A DNA stretch of 62,585 nucleotides from Holosporaceae bacterium. GTDB taxonomy: Bacteria; Pseudomonadota; Alphaproteobacteria; UBA3830. The translations under genes were made by a program, and so were the position numbers. The notes under the pieces are model-generated. The model saw only the letters and a program-made list of their open reading frames with translations. It did not search any database and had not been told where the DNA came from. This document shows, piece after piece, positions 45,467 to 55,719 of this stretch (position 1 is the first letter of the stretch; each line of letters begins with the position of its first letter). The stretch spans positions 1 to 62,585 of the forward strand of contig JAISZX010000061.1 in NCBI GenBank assembly GCA_031284365.1, in the 5' to 3' direction.

Positions 45467-46508
45467 ATGAAAAAGTGTTGTTTTTTAGGAGTTGTGTTTA
45501 GTTTTTTTGTTTGTGCGTCTGATATTTCGGCGAACGATGTAATTGACGAAAAAGACGGAGCAGATTCATGTGGAGTCAATGAAAGAAAAATACATGAAGG
45601 ATTTCATTTAGGCGGCGGATTTGGAGTTGGTTCGTTCAAAAACGATGCTACGGCTGTCGGGAGGCATGTTACGTTCGATGGTAATATAGGTATAGTGGGT
45701 TTGCAGGTCCGTTGGCAGCAGCAGGCGTAGCAGTGGCTAATATTCCAGCACTTAATGCGCAAGTTGCTCAGGCGAAAGTTGCTCAGGCGAATAGAAACAT
45801 TTTAGCTGGAGTTTTGGGATGTTATGGTATACATGATATATCTAATCTGATTGGTGGCGCTTATGTTGCTGCTGTGGTCCCCCAATTACTCATTTTGCAG
45901 GAAGTGGTTTTGGTAACAGCAAAATAGGCGATGGAAAGAGAACTAATTTGGGGGCGACACTATTTGCTGGGTATACTACTTTTATAAACGGTAATTTTTT
46001 GGGCGGTGTAGCTTTTACATTCGATATTTTCGGCAAGAAAACAAAAGAAAAATTGGACGAATCATATGGAGATAACGGCATAGGCAAAGCTGAATACAAA
46101 AGCGGAGGATTTTCTCCAACAATCGCTCTTAAATTAGGTTTGTATAGCTCCTGCATTGGTGCTGCGTACTACCTGAGATTAGGTGGTGCTTTTGTAAAAT
46201 CTGAGCTAAAGAATAGCAAAAATAGTGTAAAAGTATCAAAATTTGTTCCAGTAATTGGTTTTGGTGTAGAGAAAGGAATAGGCGGGGGTTGGCTTGCTTC
46301 CTTGGAAGCTGATTGCAGATTTCGATCCAAAACAACAGGTAGTTTAAAAGGGAATGACATAAAGTTTAACCCAGATCCAGCTGTTAATGCAGTGCAAGCT
46401 TATGGCGGTGCATTTATAGACGCAGTTCATACATCTAGTCAGACAACTGACGCTCGCTTAGAGAGTAAGAGTTTTGTCATAAGATTCTGTGTGGCTCACA
46501 ACTTTTAA
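45467..46508 (+). pseudogene. outer-membrane beta-barrel surface protein gene split over three frames
   Basis: Signal peptide MKKCCFLGVVFSFFVCA in frame 2. The reading continues in frame 1 from about 45700 (GFAGPLAAAGVAVANIPAL...) and in frame 0 from the C5 run at 45879-83 (PITHFAGSGFGNSKIG...GATLFAGYTTF...). It ends ...FVIRFCVAHNF, with an OMP-type terminal Phe. Confidence 0.65.
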
Positions 46509-46551
46509 TAGATTCTAATCTAATTATTGCGTCTGGTCTCATATCTGCAGA

Positions 46552-47328
46552 TCAGGCGTGATTTAAAATCAGCTGATACACATATCCGCGGCTTATTTCT
46601 ACTCCAGATTTTTGGAGCAATTCAGCATTCAAGAGATGACGAATCGCATCGCGGTTTTGTATGCTTATTTTTGAGAAATTCTGCGATTTCACTATGCGCT
46701 CCCTCATCACAGTTTGCAACAAAAATCTGATCAATGGAATCAGATCAAGTCCACTCAAAAAAGACTGCTTACTAGTGTTATAATTCCTTAAATAATTGAT
46801 ATCGTCCAACAAAAGAGATATCTTCCTGAACGCTGAATAAAGTTCTTCATCAGTGCTGGATATTATTTTTACGATTTCATCGCGAACACTTTGGGTAACA
46901 TTTGGAAAAAGCATCTTTGTTATGGAATGGCGTGTTAAATCATTATCAAAAGACGCTATTGATAGTGCTTCGCTCTTCAAAAAATAATCTGTGATTTTTT
47001 TTGATTTGGTGTAATTTCCACTTTCTAAAATGAAGACACAATTTTTCTCTTCAAAAAATTTTGAGACTTTATCCAAATGATTGTCTTCCACATTTTTTAT
47101 GCAGAAACATTTGACGCTTGATTCAAATAAATCGCACTGTCCATTAATTATTTTTATACACTCTGAGACAGAACAATGATGAACTTTTACATTAGAGGAC
47201 TTCTTCATAAGTTCCTCTTGAACGAATTCACAGAACACATCAAAAGTTTTTCTATAATTTCCATACAGAAAGAATATGCTGCCGGCCCCGACGTGATTTG
47301 CGTTTATATTTCTAAAATCAACTTTCAC
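46552..47328 (-). CDS. holA: DNA polymerase III delta subunit (short form)
   Basis: Position in the conserved leuS-lptE-holA order; N-terminal IFFLYGN...; 258 aa. The sequence evidence on its own is weak. Confidence 0.65.
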   Translation of the reverse strand: MKVDFRNINANHVGAGSIFFLYGNYRKTFDVFCEFVQEELMKKSSNVKVHHCSVSECIKIINGQCDLFESSVKCFCIKNVEDNHLDKVSKFFEEKNCVFILESGNYTKSKKITDYFLKSEALSIASFDNDLTRHSITKMLFPNVTQSVRDEIVKIISSTDEELYSAFRKISLLLDDINYLRNYNTSKQSFLSGLDLIPLIRFLLQTVMRERIVKSQNFSKISIQNRDAIRHLLNAELLQKSGVEISRGYVYQLILNHA

Positions 47329-47788
47329 TTTCCAGAAACACCTTTATGTTTTCAACAATTCTACCACTTAACTCCCTAAGAAGCGCGTTATTGTTGCGTC
47401 CGTACAAAACAAGAACCACTTCGCCGTGAGCGCTCGCGATATTGCTACTCGTGTGCACAGAGATTGGCCGCGAAAAAATCTCATCTCCATTTTCGTTTTT
47501 TAAAATCACGTTAGCTGTGTACGATAACCGAAGCCGCTTTGCATTTCCATCTGTGGAGTAGGCGAAAGGCTTTTCGGTATATAAAAGAGTGATCTTTAAA
47601 CGATATTTCTTTTTCGCAAAGCGAAGATCTCGCAGCGTATTCAAAATAAATCCGCGCAGCTTTTGTCCGTCTCGTTCTGCAATTACATCAACATGAATGC
47701 GCCGAGTTTCAGATGACTCTTCGCGATTGTGCAAAGTAGTGATGGAACATCCAGAGCACAGCAATAAAACAAAAATTCTACACAACAA
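47318..47788 (-). CDS. lptE: LPS-assembly lipoprotein LptE
   Basis: Lipobox LLLCSGC, size and position directly after leuS, with 11-nt overlaps on both sides. Confidence 0.7.
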   Translation of the reverse strand: MLCRIFVLLLCSGCSITTLHNREESSETRRIHVDVIAERDGQKLRGFILNTLRDLRFAKKKYRLKITLLYTEKPFAYSTDGNAKRLRLSYTANVILKNENGDEIFSRPISVHTSSNIASAHGEVVLVLYGRNNNALLRELSGRIVENIKVFLESES

Positions 47789-50357
47789 GGTTCAATATCT
47801 TCCCTTTTATAAAAATCTTCTTTTTCAATGGCTTACCATCTATTGCATTTTGCACAGACGGAAGCTGCTGAGCCATTTCAAACACGACCTGCTCGTCAGC
47901 ATCAATATTCACAGTAACAGTTCCGCGAAGTTTTCCATTAACCTGCACAGGTAAATCTATAGTGCATATTTCAAGATATTTTTCATTGTAATCTGGCCAC
48001 TGATTTTCCGAAACCAATCCATTAAATCCAAATACGCTCCAGGCTTCTTCGCAAATATGCGGAATAATCGGCGCCATTAATTTTATCAGATCACGGATAA
48101 TTACGGAGAAAATTTCTTTATTCTCCTCTATCTTATCAAAATGTAGGTAAATGGAGTTTACGCAATCCCGGACGTAGGCAACGGCTTTGTTCATCGATCT
48201 TTCTTCAAAAGAATTCGTGACATTCTTTATTGTTCTGTGAAACTCTTTATAGAGCTTTTGCATATCGGTGTTGAGTCCATCGATATTCGGAGAAAATTTG
48301 TTTTTTTCTGCACAAATACTGCATGATTTTGCGTACACAAACAGACGCCACACACGATTAATAAATCTCCAGCATCCTTCCAAGCCTTCATCTGACCACG
48401 AAAAATCTTTGTCGGGCGGAGTATCGGAAACCACAAACAGACGCAATGTATCTGCTCCGTAATTTTTTACGATTTCATCAGGATCAACGACATTCTTTTT
48501 CGATTTGCTCATTTTCTCAAAATGCCCAACGATCACTTTTTCTCCAGTTGCGATAACTTCGTAATCTCCGTCAGCATTTTTTTGAACTTCATCTGGAAAG
48601 AGCCAATCGCCGTTTTCTTTGCGATAGGTCACGCTGCACACCATTCCCTGGGTAAATAAATTATTGAACGGTTCTCTGACATTTACAAAACCGCACTCGG
48701 TAAGAGCCTTCGCAAAAAATCTCGCGTACAGAAGATGCAAAATAGCATGCTCAATCCCTCCAATGTACTGATCAACGCACATCCAGTGTGCAACATCATC
48801 CTTTTCCAGGAGATTATTATTATCCGGATCATTCACGCAAAATCTCAGAAAGTACCAGGACGAATCAAAAAATGTGTCCAAAGTATCCGTTTCACGTCTG
48901 GCATCACCGCCGCAGCACGGACATTTCACATGCTTCCATGTCGCATGTTTATCCAGAGGATTGCCAGCTCCGGAAAAAGTTACGTCATACGGAAGTACGA
49001 CCGGCAAATCCTTTTCCTCGAGCGGAATAATTCCGCAGTGGTCGCAATGCACCATTGGAATCGGACATCCCCAGTATCTCTGTCGCGAAATTCCCCAGTC
49101 CAAAAGTTTGAAAAACACTTCGCGTTTACCAACACCAATGTCACATAATTTTTGGATGACAGTTTTTTTAGCTTCGGCAACCGTTAGACCATTTAAAAAG
49201 TCTGAGTTAACGAGAACTCCGTCATCAACATATGGTAATTTGTCGTTTTCCGTTGGAGATGCAACCACTCTTTTAATTGGTAAATTATACTTCATCGCAA
49301 ATTCGTAATCTCGCCCATCGTGAGCCGGCGTGGCGAAGATCGCTCCCGTTCCGTAGTTCATCAGAACAAAATTTGCGATGTAAACAGGCAGCTTTTCATT
49401 CAAGAATGGATGATCAACAACGAGACCAGTGTCTATACCAAGTTTCTCCTGCTTATCGAAAAATTCCTGTGTCACAGATCCTTTTTTAAATTCATCGATG
49501 AACGCCTTTATTTTATCATTTGTTTTTCCCAACGCAGCCGTAAGCGGATGTCCCGGAGAAATCGCTAGAAATGTTGCTCCAAAAATAGTATCCGGACGTG
49601 TCGAAAAAACCACGATCTCATCGCCGGTATTTGTTTTGAAACTAATGGAACATCCTTCTGATTTTCCAATCCAATTTCGCTGCATTGTTCTTACTTTTTC
49701 CGGCCACCCGGTCAGATTGTCGATTTCAGACAACAGCTCATCAACAAAGTCAGTAATTTTTAAAAACCACTGGGACAATATCCGTTTTTCCACAGGAGCT
49801 CCGGATCTCCACCCACATCCCCCGATGACCTGCTCATTTGCTAACACGCAATTATCCACCGGATCCCAGTTAACCTCCGATTCTTTTCGAACAATTAATC
49901 CCTTCCTATACAAAGCTAGGAAAATCTTCTGCTGAAAGCCGTAGTATTTTTCATCACAGGTTGCAAATTCTCTTTTCCAATCGTATGAAAAACCAAGTGA
50001 CAATAGCTGATTTTTCATAATTTTTATATTTTTGTAGGTCCAATCCTTTGGGTGTACACCGTGTTTAAGAGCGGCATTTTCTGCCGGAAGCCCAAATGCA
50101 TCCCATCCAACCGGATGCAACACAGAAAATCCGCATGATCTCCTAAAACGAGCAATAACATCTCCGATTATGTAATTCCGTACATGCCCAATGTGCACCT
50201 TTCCAGACGGATACATAAACATTTCCAAAACATAATATTTTTTTTGAGATGAATTAGAATCAGAATGGAAAGAATCATTTTTTAGCCAAAAATCCTGCCA
50301 TTTCGCTTCTGTTGCTGAGAAGTTATAGATAGCTATCTCTGATAAATCAACACTCAT
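47778..50357 (-). CDS. leuS: leucine--tRNA ligase
   Basis: [21 protein letters not shown] (HIGH-type), CP1 editing domain and [12 protein letters not shown] (KMSKS). ATG at 50357 has GGAGG 7 nt upstream and forms ATGA with the upstream ORF stop. The longest ORF would start at 50384. Confidence 0.97.
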   Translation of the reverse strand: MSVDLSEIAIYNFSATEAKWQDFWLKNDSFHSDSNSSQKKYYVLEMFMYPSGKVHIGHVRNYIIGDVIARFRRSCGFSVLHPVGWDAFGLPAENAALKHGVHPKDWTYKNIKIMKNQLLSLGFSYDWKREFATCDEKYYGFQQKIFLALYRKGLIVRKESEVNWDPVDNCVLANEQVIGGCGWRSGAPVEKRILSQWFLKITDFVDELLSEIDNLTGWPEKVRTMQRNWIGKSEGCSISFKTNTGDEIVVFSTRPDTIFGATFLAISPGHPLTAALGKTNDKIKAFIDEFKKGSVTQEFFDKQEKLGIDTGLVVDHPFLNEKLPVYIANFVLMNYGTGAIFATPAHDGRDYEFAMKYNLPIKRVVASPTENDKLPYVDDGVLVNSDFLNGLTVAEAKKTVIQKLCDIGVGKREVFFKLLDWGISRQRYWGCPIPMVHCDHCGIIPLEEKDLPVVLPYDVTFSGAGNPLDKHATWKHVKCPCCGGDARRETDTLDTFFDSSWYFLRFCVNDPDNNNLLEKDDVAHWMCVDQYIGGIEHAILHLLYARFFAKALTECGFVNVREPFNNLFTQGMVCSVTYRKENGDWLFPDEVQKNADGDYEVIATGEKVIVGHFEKMSKSKKNVVDPDEIVKNYGADTLRLFVVSDTPPDKDFSWSDEGLEGCWRFINRVWRLFVYAKSCSICAEKNKFSPNIDGLNTDMQKLYKEFHRTIKNVTNSFEERSMNKAVAYVRDCVNSIYLHFDKIEENKEIFSVIIRDLIKLMAPIIPHICEEAWSVFGFNGLVSENQWPDYNEKYLEICTIDLPVQVNGKLRGTVTVNIDADEQVVFEMAQQLPSVQNAIDGKPLKKKIFIKGKILNLVV

Positions 50358-50731
50358 CGTTTTCCTCCAAAAGTATCTAAGCATTCTACATCATTTCGTA
50401 ATTGAAGGTAGATTTTTTTTTGATCATGCTTTATACCAACAATCATATTCAAGAAAGTTAAAATTTGTTCGTTTTTAACGATTGTTGTGCAGATCTTGCT
50501 CCAGTAAATTCGTAATATTGATGACCGCGAATTGCGATCGCTGTAATTTGAAATTTTATTCAATTTGGTATGTACCGTTCTAACATTTGCTAAAAACTTA
50601 GCTTTATTGAAATTCATATCTTTTTCTCCTAAATAATTTAAATATTTTTTTAAAAAGCAACGCACACAACGCCGCTCAATTGACTCTATCAATTTTATTG
50701 ATCTTTTCAATCTTCGGGTAGAGTACAACAA
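50354..50731 (-). CDS. hypothetical small protein translationally coupled to leuS
   Basis: 125-aa ORF whose TGA overlaps the leuS ATG. No secure family; the real start may be the internal MNFNKAKF. Confidence 0.35.
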   Translation of the reverse strand: MLYSTRRLKRSIKLIESIERRCVRCFLKKYLNYLGEKDMNFNKAKFLANVRTVHTKLNKISNYSDRNSRSSILRIYWSKICTTIVKNEQILTFLNMIVGIKHDQKKIYLQLRNDVECLDTFGGKR

Positions 50732-51009
50732 TTATTTTGAAAAGTCAATATTTTTTTGTGTGGTAATATAAAAATGCAATAAAATTAATGTGCTAGCTAG
50801 AGTCACTGCGATGCGAGCTGATCAGTTGCACAGATCAATGGTCATTGGTGGAAGAATGGTTTCTCGCATCGCCACATAAAAAAACAAACTTTTTCCGTGC
50901 GAGATGCTCTCTGGAATACTGCAGCTGCGATTTCTCAGAAACTTGCTTGTACTAGGAATGGAAAATTTGCTAGAATGACCTGTGCTCTGATCGTAGGCGT
51001 ACAGTACCA

Positions 51010-52119
51010 ATGAAGAAAGAGATTACGGTTTTTGTTGCTTGTGCAATTGTTTCAATTGTGTGCTACTTCAGACTCCCGATGTTTGGCAGGCTGCCTAGTG
51101 GGCAACGCCTAGGGCGCATCGAAAAATCCAGCAACTACAGAGGCGACGCATTTCGTAATATCAACGAAAAGCCGCTGCTCCTCAAGAATCCAATCATAGC
51201 CGTGTTGAAATTCCTTTTCGGAAATAATGTCGGATTAAAACCGCCATATCCTCTGCCGTCAGTAAAAACGGATCTTAAAAATCTGAACGTCAACGAAGAT
51301 TTGCTGATTTGGTTCGGTCACTCCTCGTACCTTATTCAGCTCAATGGAAAGAGAATTCTGGTTGATCCGCTGTTCAGTGAAGTATCGTCTCCGGTCTTAT
51401 TCTTTCCAAAAGCGTTCGACGGTTCGAATGTGTATCAAGTTGAGGATATGCCTGAGATTGATTATCTCATAATTACGCATGATCACTGGGACCATCTGGA
51501 TTATAATACTGTGCTTCGTCTAAAATCAAAGGTAAAAAAAATTATTTGCCCTCTCGGAGTTGGAGAGCACTTTGAATATTGGGGATTTAACGTTAGTTGC
51601 CTGTTGGAAATGGATTGGAATGAAGAAATATCGCTTGACCAAAACTTAACGATTTTTTGCCTTCCTGCACAGCATTTTTCCGGACGTGGTTTTTTCAGAA
51701 ATACATCTCTTTGGTGCTCATTTTTGCTAAAAACAAAGGACTTTCAGTGCTATATCGGAGGAGATAGCGGATACGGTACTCATTATAAGGAAATCGGTAA
51801 AAGATTCGGACCGATCGATCTCGCAATTCTAGATAGCGGACAGCATAATCAGAATTGGAGACACGTGCACATGATGACGGACGAAGTTGTAAATGCATTG
51901 TATGACCTGAATGGGAAGAGTTTACTGCCTGTTCATATCTGCAAAGTCCGTCTTGCTAATCACCAATGGGATGAACCGCTGAACGAACTTTCGATGATGC
52001 TCGATGAAAAAAAACTTCTGACGCCCATGATCGGAGAAAAAATACATATTAAATCCAGCGATAACACAACAAAAAAATGGTGGAAAACTTACCACACTTG
52101 GGATTCCGATAATCACTGA
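51010..52119 (+). CDS. MBL-fold metallo-hydrolase (NAPE-PLD-like)
   Basis: N-terminal TM; ITHDHWDHLD is the HxHxDH metal motif; GHSSYLIQLNGKRILVDP. Confidence 0.75.
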   Translation: MKKEITVFVACAIVSIVCYFRLPMFGRLPSGQRLGRIEKSSNYRGDAFRNINEKPLLLKNPIIAVLKFLFGNNVGLKPPYPLPSVKTDLKNLNVNEDLLIWFGHSSYLIQLNGKRILVDPLFSEVSSPVLFFPKAFDGSNVYQVEDMPEIDYLIITHDHWDHLDYNTVLRLKSKVKKIICPLGVGEHFEYWGFNVSCLLEMDWNEEISLDQNLTIFCLPAQHFSGRGFFRNTSLWCSFLLKTKDFQCYIGGDSGYGTHYKEIGKRFGPIDLAILDSGQHNQNWRHVHMMTDEVVNALYDLNGKSLLPVHICKVRLANHQWDEPLNELSMMLDEKKLLTPMIGEKIHIKSSDNTTKKWWKTYHTWDSDNH

Positions 52120-52129
52120 TTCTGAATGA

Positions 52130-53470
52130 TTATACCAATCTGTTGAACCATTTAAATTGATTATATCTCCGGTAGGCCACAACTGAGTTTACGATTCCAG
52201 CCAACGGAATCAGCGTGTAAGTAAAGCGAATGCTAGTTAAATTTCCCGTAAGATACAGCGCCACAGTTGGAGCAACAACTCCAAACCATAGTGTTGAAAG
52301 TTCAACGTATGTAGGAAATTTCGTATCGCCTCCGGAATTTAATATCCCGCATACCATATAAAAAATGCCATCCATGAAAATTATTATCCACATACTAACA
52401 AAAAGAAATCGAAAATCCGAATGTAGGTGACTTATATCACCATTTACTCCCTCCATAAACCAAAACATTATATCGTGGTAAAAAATCAGCGGAATCGAAA
52501 AAAAGATGCATACGACAGTATTGAAATTCAAAAATAATTTCAATAATTTTTTGATTCCAGGAAGATTGTTTTCACCAATAAGATTGGCGCTCATCGATGA
52601 AAGCGCACGTCCTCCGCCTTCAGCGAAAAACATAAATATGATCCACATGCTTATGGCAAAAGATTCCAGGGTGGCAAGATCTTTTGAGATACGATTATAT
52701 ATTGATAAAAGTATGAACCATCCGAGCAAAGAAAGAACCTTCCCGCAGGACATTGGAAATCCGGTCTTTATGCAGTTAAAAAACAAATCTTTTCTAAATT
52801 TATTATCAAATGTGGAATATTTTTCCCTATTCTCTTTATTAATAAATATGATCAGCAAAATTATTATCGATGTTAATTCACTGATTATCGTCGCTATTGC
52901 GGCTCCTTTAATTCCCAATGGCTCGATTACTCCTTCGTAACCAAAAACCAGCAGTATATCGGCAATAAGATTCACCATGTTTGCAAAAAGAACCACACAG
53001 ATGATGATGGAACTTTGTCCGCGCCCAATGAAAAATGCGCTCAACGCCGCATAAATTGCCTGCAATCCAGCAAAATATGTGAGAATTCGCATGTATGCAA
53101 GTCCTTCTTCTTCATAATGTTTCGGAAAAAGGCTAAAATGATGGCAGAAAATAGCTATTGGAACAAACAGAACAAACGACATTATCCCGAGATATATCAT
53201 CTGCCAGGGCGCCCATCCTGTTTTTCTGTATTCCCCTAGTCCATTGTATTGACCAACAAAAACAGTCGCTATTTGCGCGATTGCAATGACTACGAAGCTG
53301 ATCATCGCCACAAAATTTCCAGCCAAGGCCGCAGCATTCATGGAATCAAGCGAATAATGCGCCAATACCATGCGATCAACGTTGAACATCAGACTAAACG
53401 ATAGAGACGTAAGCACCATAGGAATAGTAAATTTTAGAACTTCCCTTGCGCTATACTCGCATTTTTGCAT
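52130..53470 (-). CDS. MATE-family efflux transporter
   Basis: 12-TM layout and an N-terminal REVLKFTIPMVLTSLSFSLMFNVDRMVLAH pattern typical of NorM/MATE. Confidence 0.8.
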   Translation of the reverse strand: MQKCEYSAREVLKFTIPMVLTSLSFSLMFNVDRMVLAHYSLDSMNAAALAGNFVAMISFVVIAIAQIATVFVGQYNGLGEYRKTGWAPWQMIYLGIMSFVLFVPIAIFCHHFSLFPKHYEEEGLAYMRILTYFAGLQAIYAALSAFFIGRGQSSIIICVVLFANMVNLIADILLVFGYEGVIEPLGIKGAAIATIISELTSIIILLIIFINKENREKYSTFDNKFRKDLFFNCIKTGFPMSCGKVLSLLGWFILLSIYNRISKDLATLESFAISMWIIFMFFAEGGGRALSSMSANLIGENNLPGIKKLLKLFLNFNTVVCIFFSIPLIFYHDIMFWFMEGVNGDISHLHSDFRFLFVSMWIIIFMDGIFYMVCGILNSGGDTKFPTYVELSTLWFGVVAPTVALYLTGNLTSIRFTYTLIPLAGIVNSVVAYRRYNQFKWFNRLV

Positions 53471-53535
53471 AACTTATTCTCGAAAATTTGTTTATATCTA
53501 GAGTAAGATATTATATGAGGAGACTGAGTGCAAAT

Positions 53536-54201
53536 ATGAAAATAGGAATTGTTGGTATTAATGGGCGCATCGGAAAAATTCTTTCAACGCTCATAGCGAA
53601 GGAGGAGCTCAGCGGAGGTATTTCCAGCGCAACTTCTCCACGTGAATTGGAAAATGTAATCAGCGAGAGCGATGTACTGATTGATTTTTCTGCCCCGGCA
53701 GCCCTGCATAGGATAATCGATGTTGCGGCGCAATATAAAACTCCGATTGTAAGTGGAACAACTGATTTCTCAGATAAAGATTTTGAACGAATACGAGAAA
53801 TATCACGGATAATTCCGATATTACACTCGAGTAATTTCAGCCTCGGCGTGCAGTTGATGGCGATTCTAGTTCGAAAATGCGCCCAAATTCTGCCAGATTT
53901 CGATTTTGGCATTATAGAAAGGCACCACAATCGCAAAAAGGATGCTCCTTCTGGTACAGCTCTATTTCTGGCACAGCAAATATCAAAAGAAGCGCAAATC
54001 GTTTCTCTGCGAGAGGGAAATATTTTTGGAGAACACATATGCGACTTCGTTGGTGAGCACGAAATGATATCAATCTGTCATCGAGCCTTCGACCGAGAAG
54101 TATTTGCATCCGGAGCGATAAAGTGCGCTCGTTGGCTCGTCGGAAAACATCCGAAGCTTTATTCAATGCAGGATTATTTAAACAGTGTCGGAAGTATCTA
54201 G
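53536..54201 (+). CDS. dapB: 4-hydroxy-tetrahydrodipicolinate reductase
   Basis: MKIGIVGINGRIGK; DVLIDFSAP; PIVSGTTDF; HSSNFSLGV; IIERHHNRKKDAPSGTA. Confidence 0.9.
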   Translation: MKIGIVGINGRIGKILSTLIAKEELSGGISSATSPRELENVISESDVLIDFSAPAALHRIIDVAAQYKTPIVSGTTDFSDKDFERIREISRIIPILHSSNFSLGVQLMAILVRKCAQILPDFDFGIIERHHNRKKDAPSGTALFLAQQISKEAQIVSLREGNIFGEHICDFVGEHEMISICHRAFDREVFASGAIKCARWLVGKHPKLYSMQDYLNSVGSI

Positions 54202-54811
54202 AATCAGCGAAATTTGCAGAAGGCTTTCTGAATCTGTAAGCGAATCAAAAACAGAACTGGACTACATTTCTGACTATACTTTTTTGATTGCAGTTATTTT
54301 ATCTGCGCAGACAACTGACGTGCAAGTTAATAAGGTCACATCCATTCTTTTCAAGAAATGTAGAACCATAGATGATATCCTAAATCTTGGATTAGAAGCA
54401 TTTACTAACGAAATTCGTTCAATTGGCCTCTATAAAAACAAGGCCAAGCACATAATGGAGCTAAGTAAAATATTGAAAGAAAAGTTTGATTCGAAAATTC
54501 CGAATTCCAGGGAAGATCTTGAATCTCTGCCAGGAATTGGCCGCAAAAGCGCTAACGTTATACTGAACACACTGTTTCACGAACCTGTAATCGCCGTCGA
54601 CACACATGTTCTCCGCCTGAGTAAGAGACTAGGACTGTCCGAAAGTGATGATCCACGCAAAGTGGAAAATGATTTAGAAAATATTATCCCGGACACCTAC
54701 AAAAAGAACATCAGTAACCTACTTGTACTTCATGGTAGATATACGTGCAAAGCTAAAAAACCAGAATGCGCTAATTGCGTACTTGCAGATTTGTGCGATG
54801 CTATATCGTGA
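54185..54811 (+). CDS. nth: endonuclease III
   Basis: AVILSAQTTDVQVNKV; HhH-GPD LPGIGRKSANVILN; AVDTHVLRLSKRLGL; Fe-S cluster CKAKKPECANCVLADLC. Confidence 0.93.
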   Translation: MSEVSRISEICRRLSESVSESKTELDYISDYTFLIAVILSAQTTDVQVNKVTSILFKKCRTIDDILNLGLEAFTNEIRSIGLYKNKAKHIMELSKILKEKFDSKIPNSREDLESLPGIGRKSANVILNTLFHEPVIAVDTHVLRLSKRLGLSESDDPRKVENDLENIIPDTYKKNISNLLVLHGRYTCKAKKPECANCVLADLCDAIS

Positions 54812-54886
54812 TGGTTCGCGTTATTACAGCGAATAGTAGTAATTTTTGATTTTTTGTGCCATAAGTTTACGTCGCTCAGCGAGAAA

Positions 54887-54964
54887 TGTATGGTGTTCCC
54901 AATTTTTTAGACCAGATTTTGTCGATTTAGAGTTTCACTGAGGTTTATCTGAGCATAGATAAAA
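54887..54964 (-). mobile_element. 78-bp solo remnant of the 3' end of the IS3-family element seen at 62362..
   Basis: 77/78 identical to 62362-62439, compared base by base. It covers the last 19 transposase codons plus 20 bp of the element end. Confidence 0.8.
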
Positions 54965-55059
54965 ATTTTATGAAACGGCCGTGGTTGAACTCATACTAGC
55001 TCTAGCAAATAGTTGAAACCTAGTTTAAAATCAGCGGGATGATTTAGGAAGGATATGTC

Positions 55060-55719
55060 GTGGCTGAAGATATTAACTCGATTATTCAGGAAATAAACGA
55101 AGAGCTGAAAAATGACCAGCTCATGGCGTTTTTTAAAAAGTATAAGGATGCAATTTTATTTGCGATTGCGGTTTTTGTGATTGGAATACTGGCGTATTCA
55201 TCTTGGTACAATCGCCAAAATCAACAGAGAGAGGAAATTACCAACGCTATTCTAGAGGATTTGCAATCTCCAACAAATAAGAGTTCTCTCATAATCGATG
55301 GGTTGATAGAAAATGCTCCATCTGAACTAAAACCAATCCTTTCCATAATAAGAAATGGCAGGAACTTGTATGAATTTAGAGATATTCCAGCTAGTGCAGA
55401 AGCCTTAATGGCAATAACCAAAAAGCGTGGCGTTGATATCGTCTGGAAAGATCTTGCAATGATTATTTTCGCGTCCTACCGCTTCAGAAAAACTGAAGAT
55501 CTAATACAAATGTTGGAACCTCTTACAGCAGAAGATCGTCCTTTCCGACACACTGCCATTGAGCTCAATGCGATGAATTACGAAAGTATCGGTGATCACG
55601 AAAAAGCGATAGAAAATTTAAAAAAAATTATTGATAGTAGCGATGCTCCAAAATCAATGAAAAAGAGGGTAGCGATGCTGTTATGCCACATGAGAAATAC
55701 TCGGGAGAAAAAACAATGA
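55060..55719 (+). CDS. YfgM-like membrane-anchored TPR protein
   Basis: GTG start, a single TM after a charged N-terminus, and a position directly upstream of bamB-der as in other proteobacteria. Confidence 0.6.
   Translation: MAEDINSIIQEINEELKNDQLMAFFKKYKDAILFAIAVFVIGILAYSSWYNRQNQQREEITNAILEDLQSPTNKSSLIIDGLIENAPSELKPILSIIRNGRNLYEFRDIPASAEALMAITKKRGVDIVWKDLAMIIFASYRFRKTEDLIQMLEPLTAEDRPFRHTAIELNAMNYESIGDHEKAIENLKKIIDSSDAPKSMKKRVAMLLCHMRNTREKKQ

Noticed and set aside
53511-54038. 175-aa minus-strand ORF
   Set aside because: It is antisense to a well-supported dapB. The same reasoning applies to 56968..57456 (antisense to bamB/der), 58293..58886 (antisense to rpoZ), 36783..37295 and 36042..36596 (antisense to gspE/pilB), 48735..49935 (antisense to leuS), 19906..20211 and 20987..21511 (antisense to dnaK), and 16116..16418 (antisense to the ELM1-like gene).
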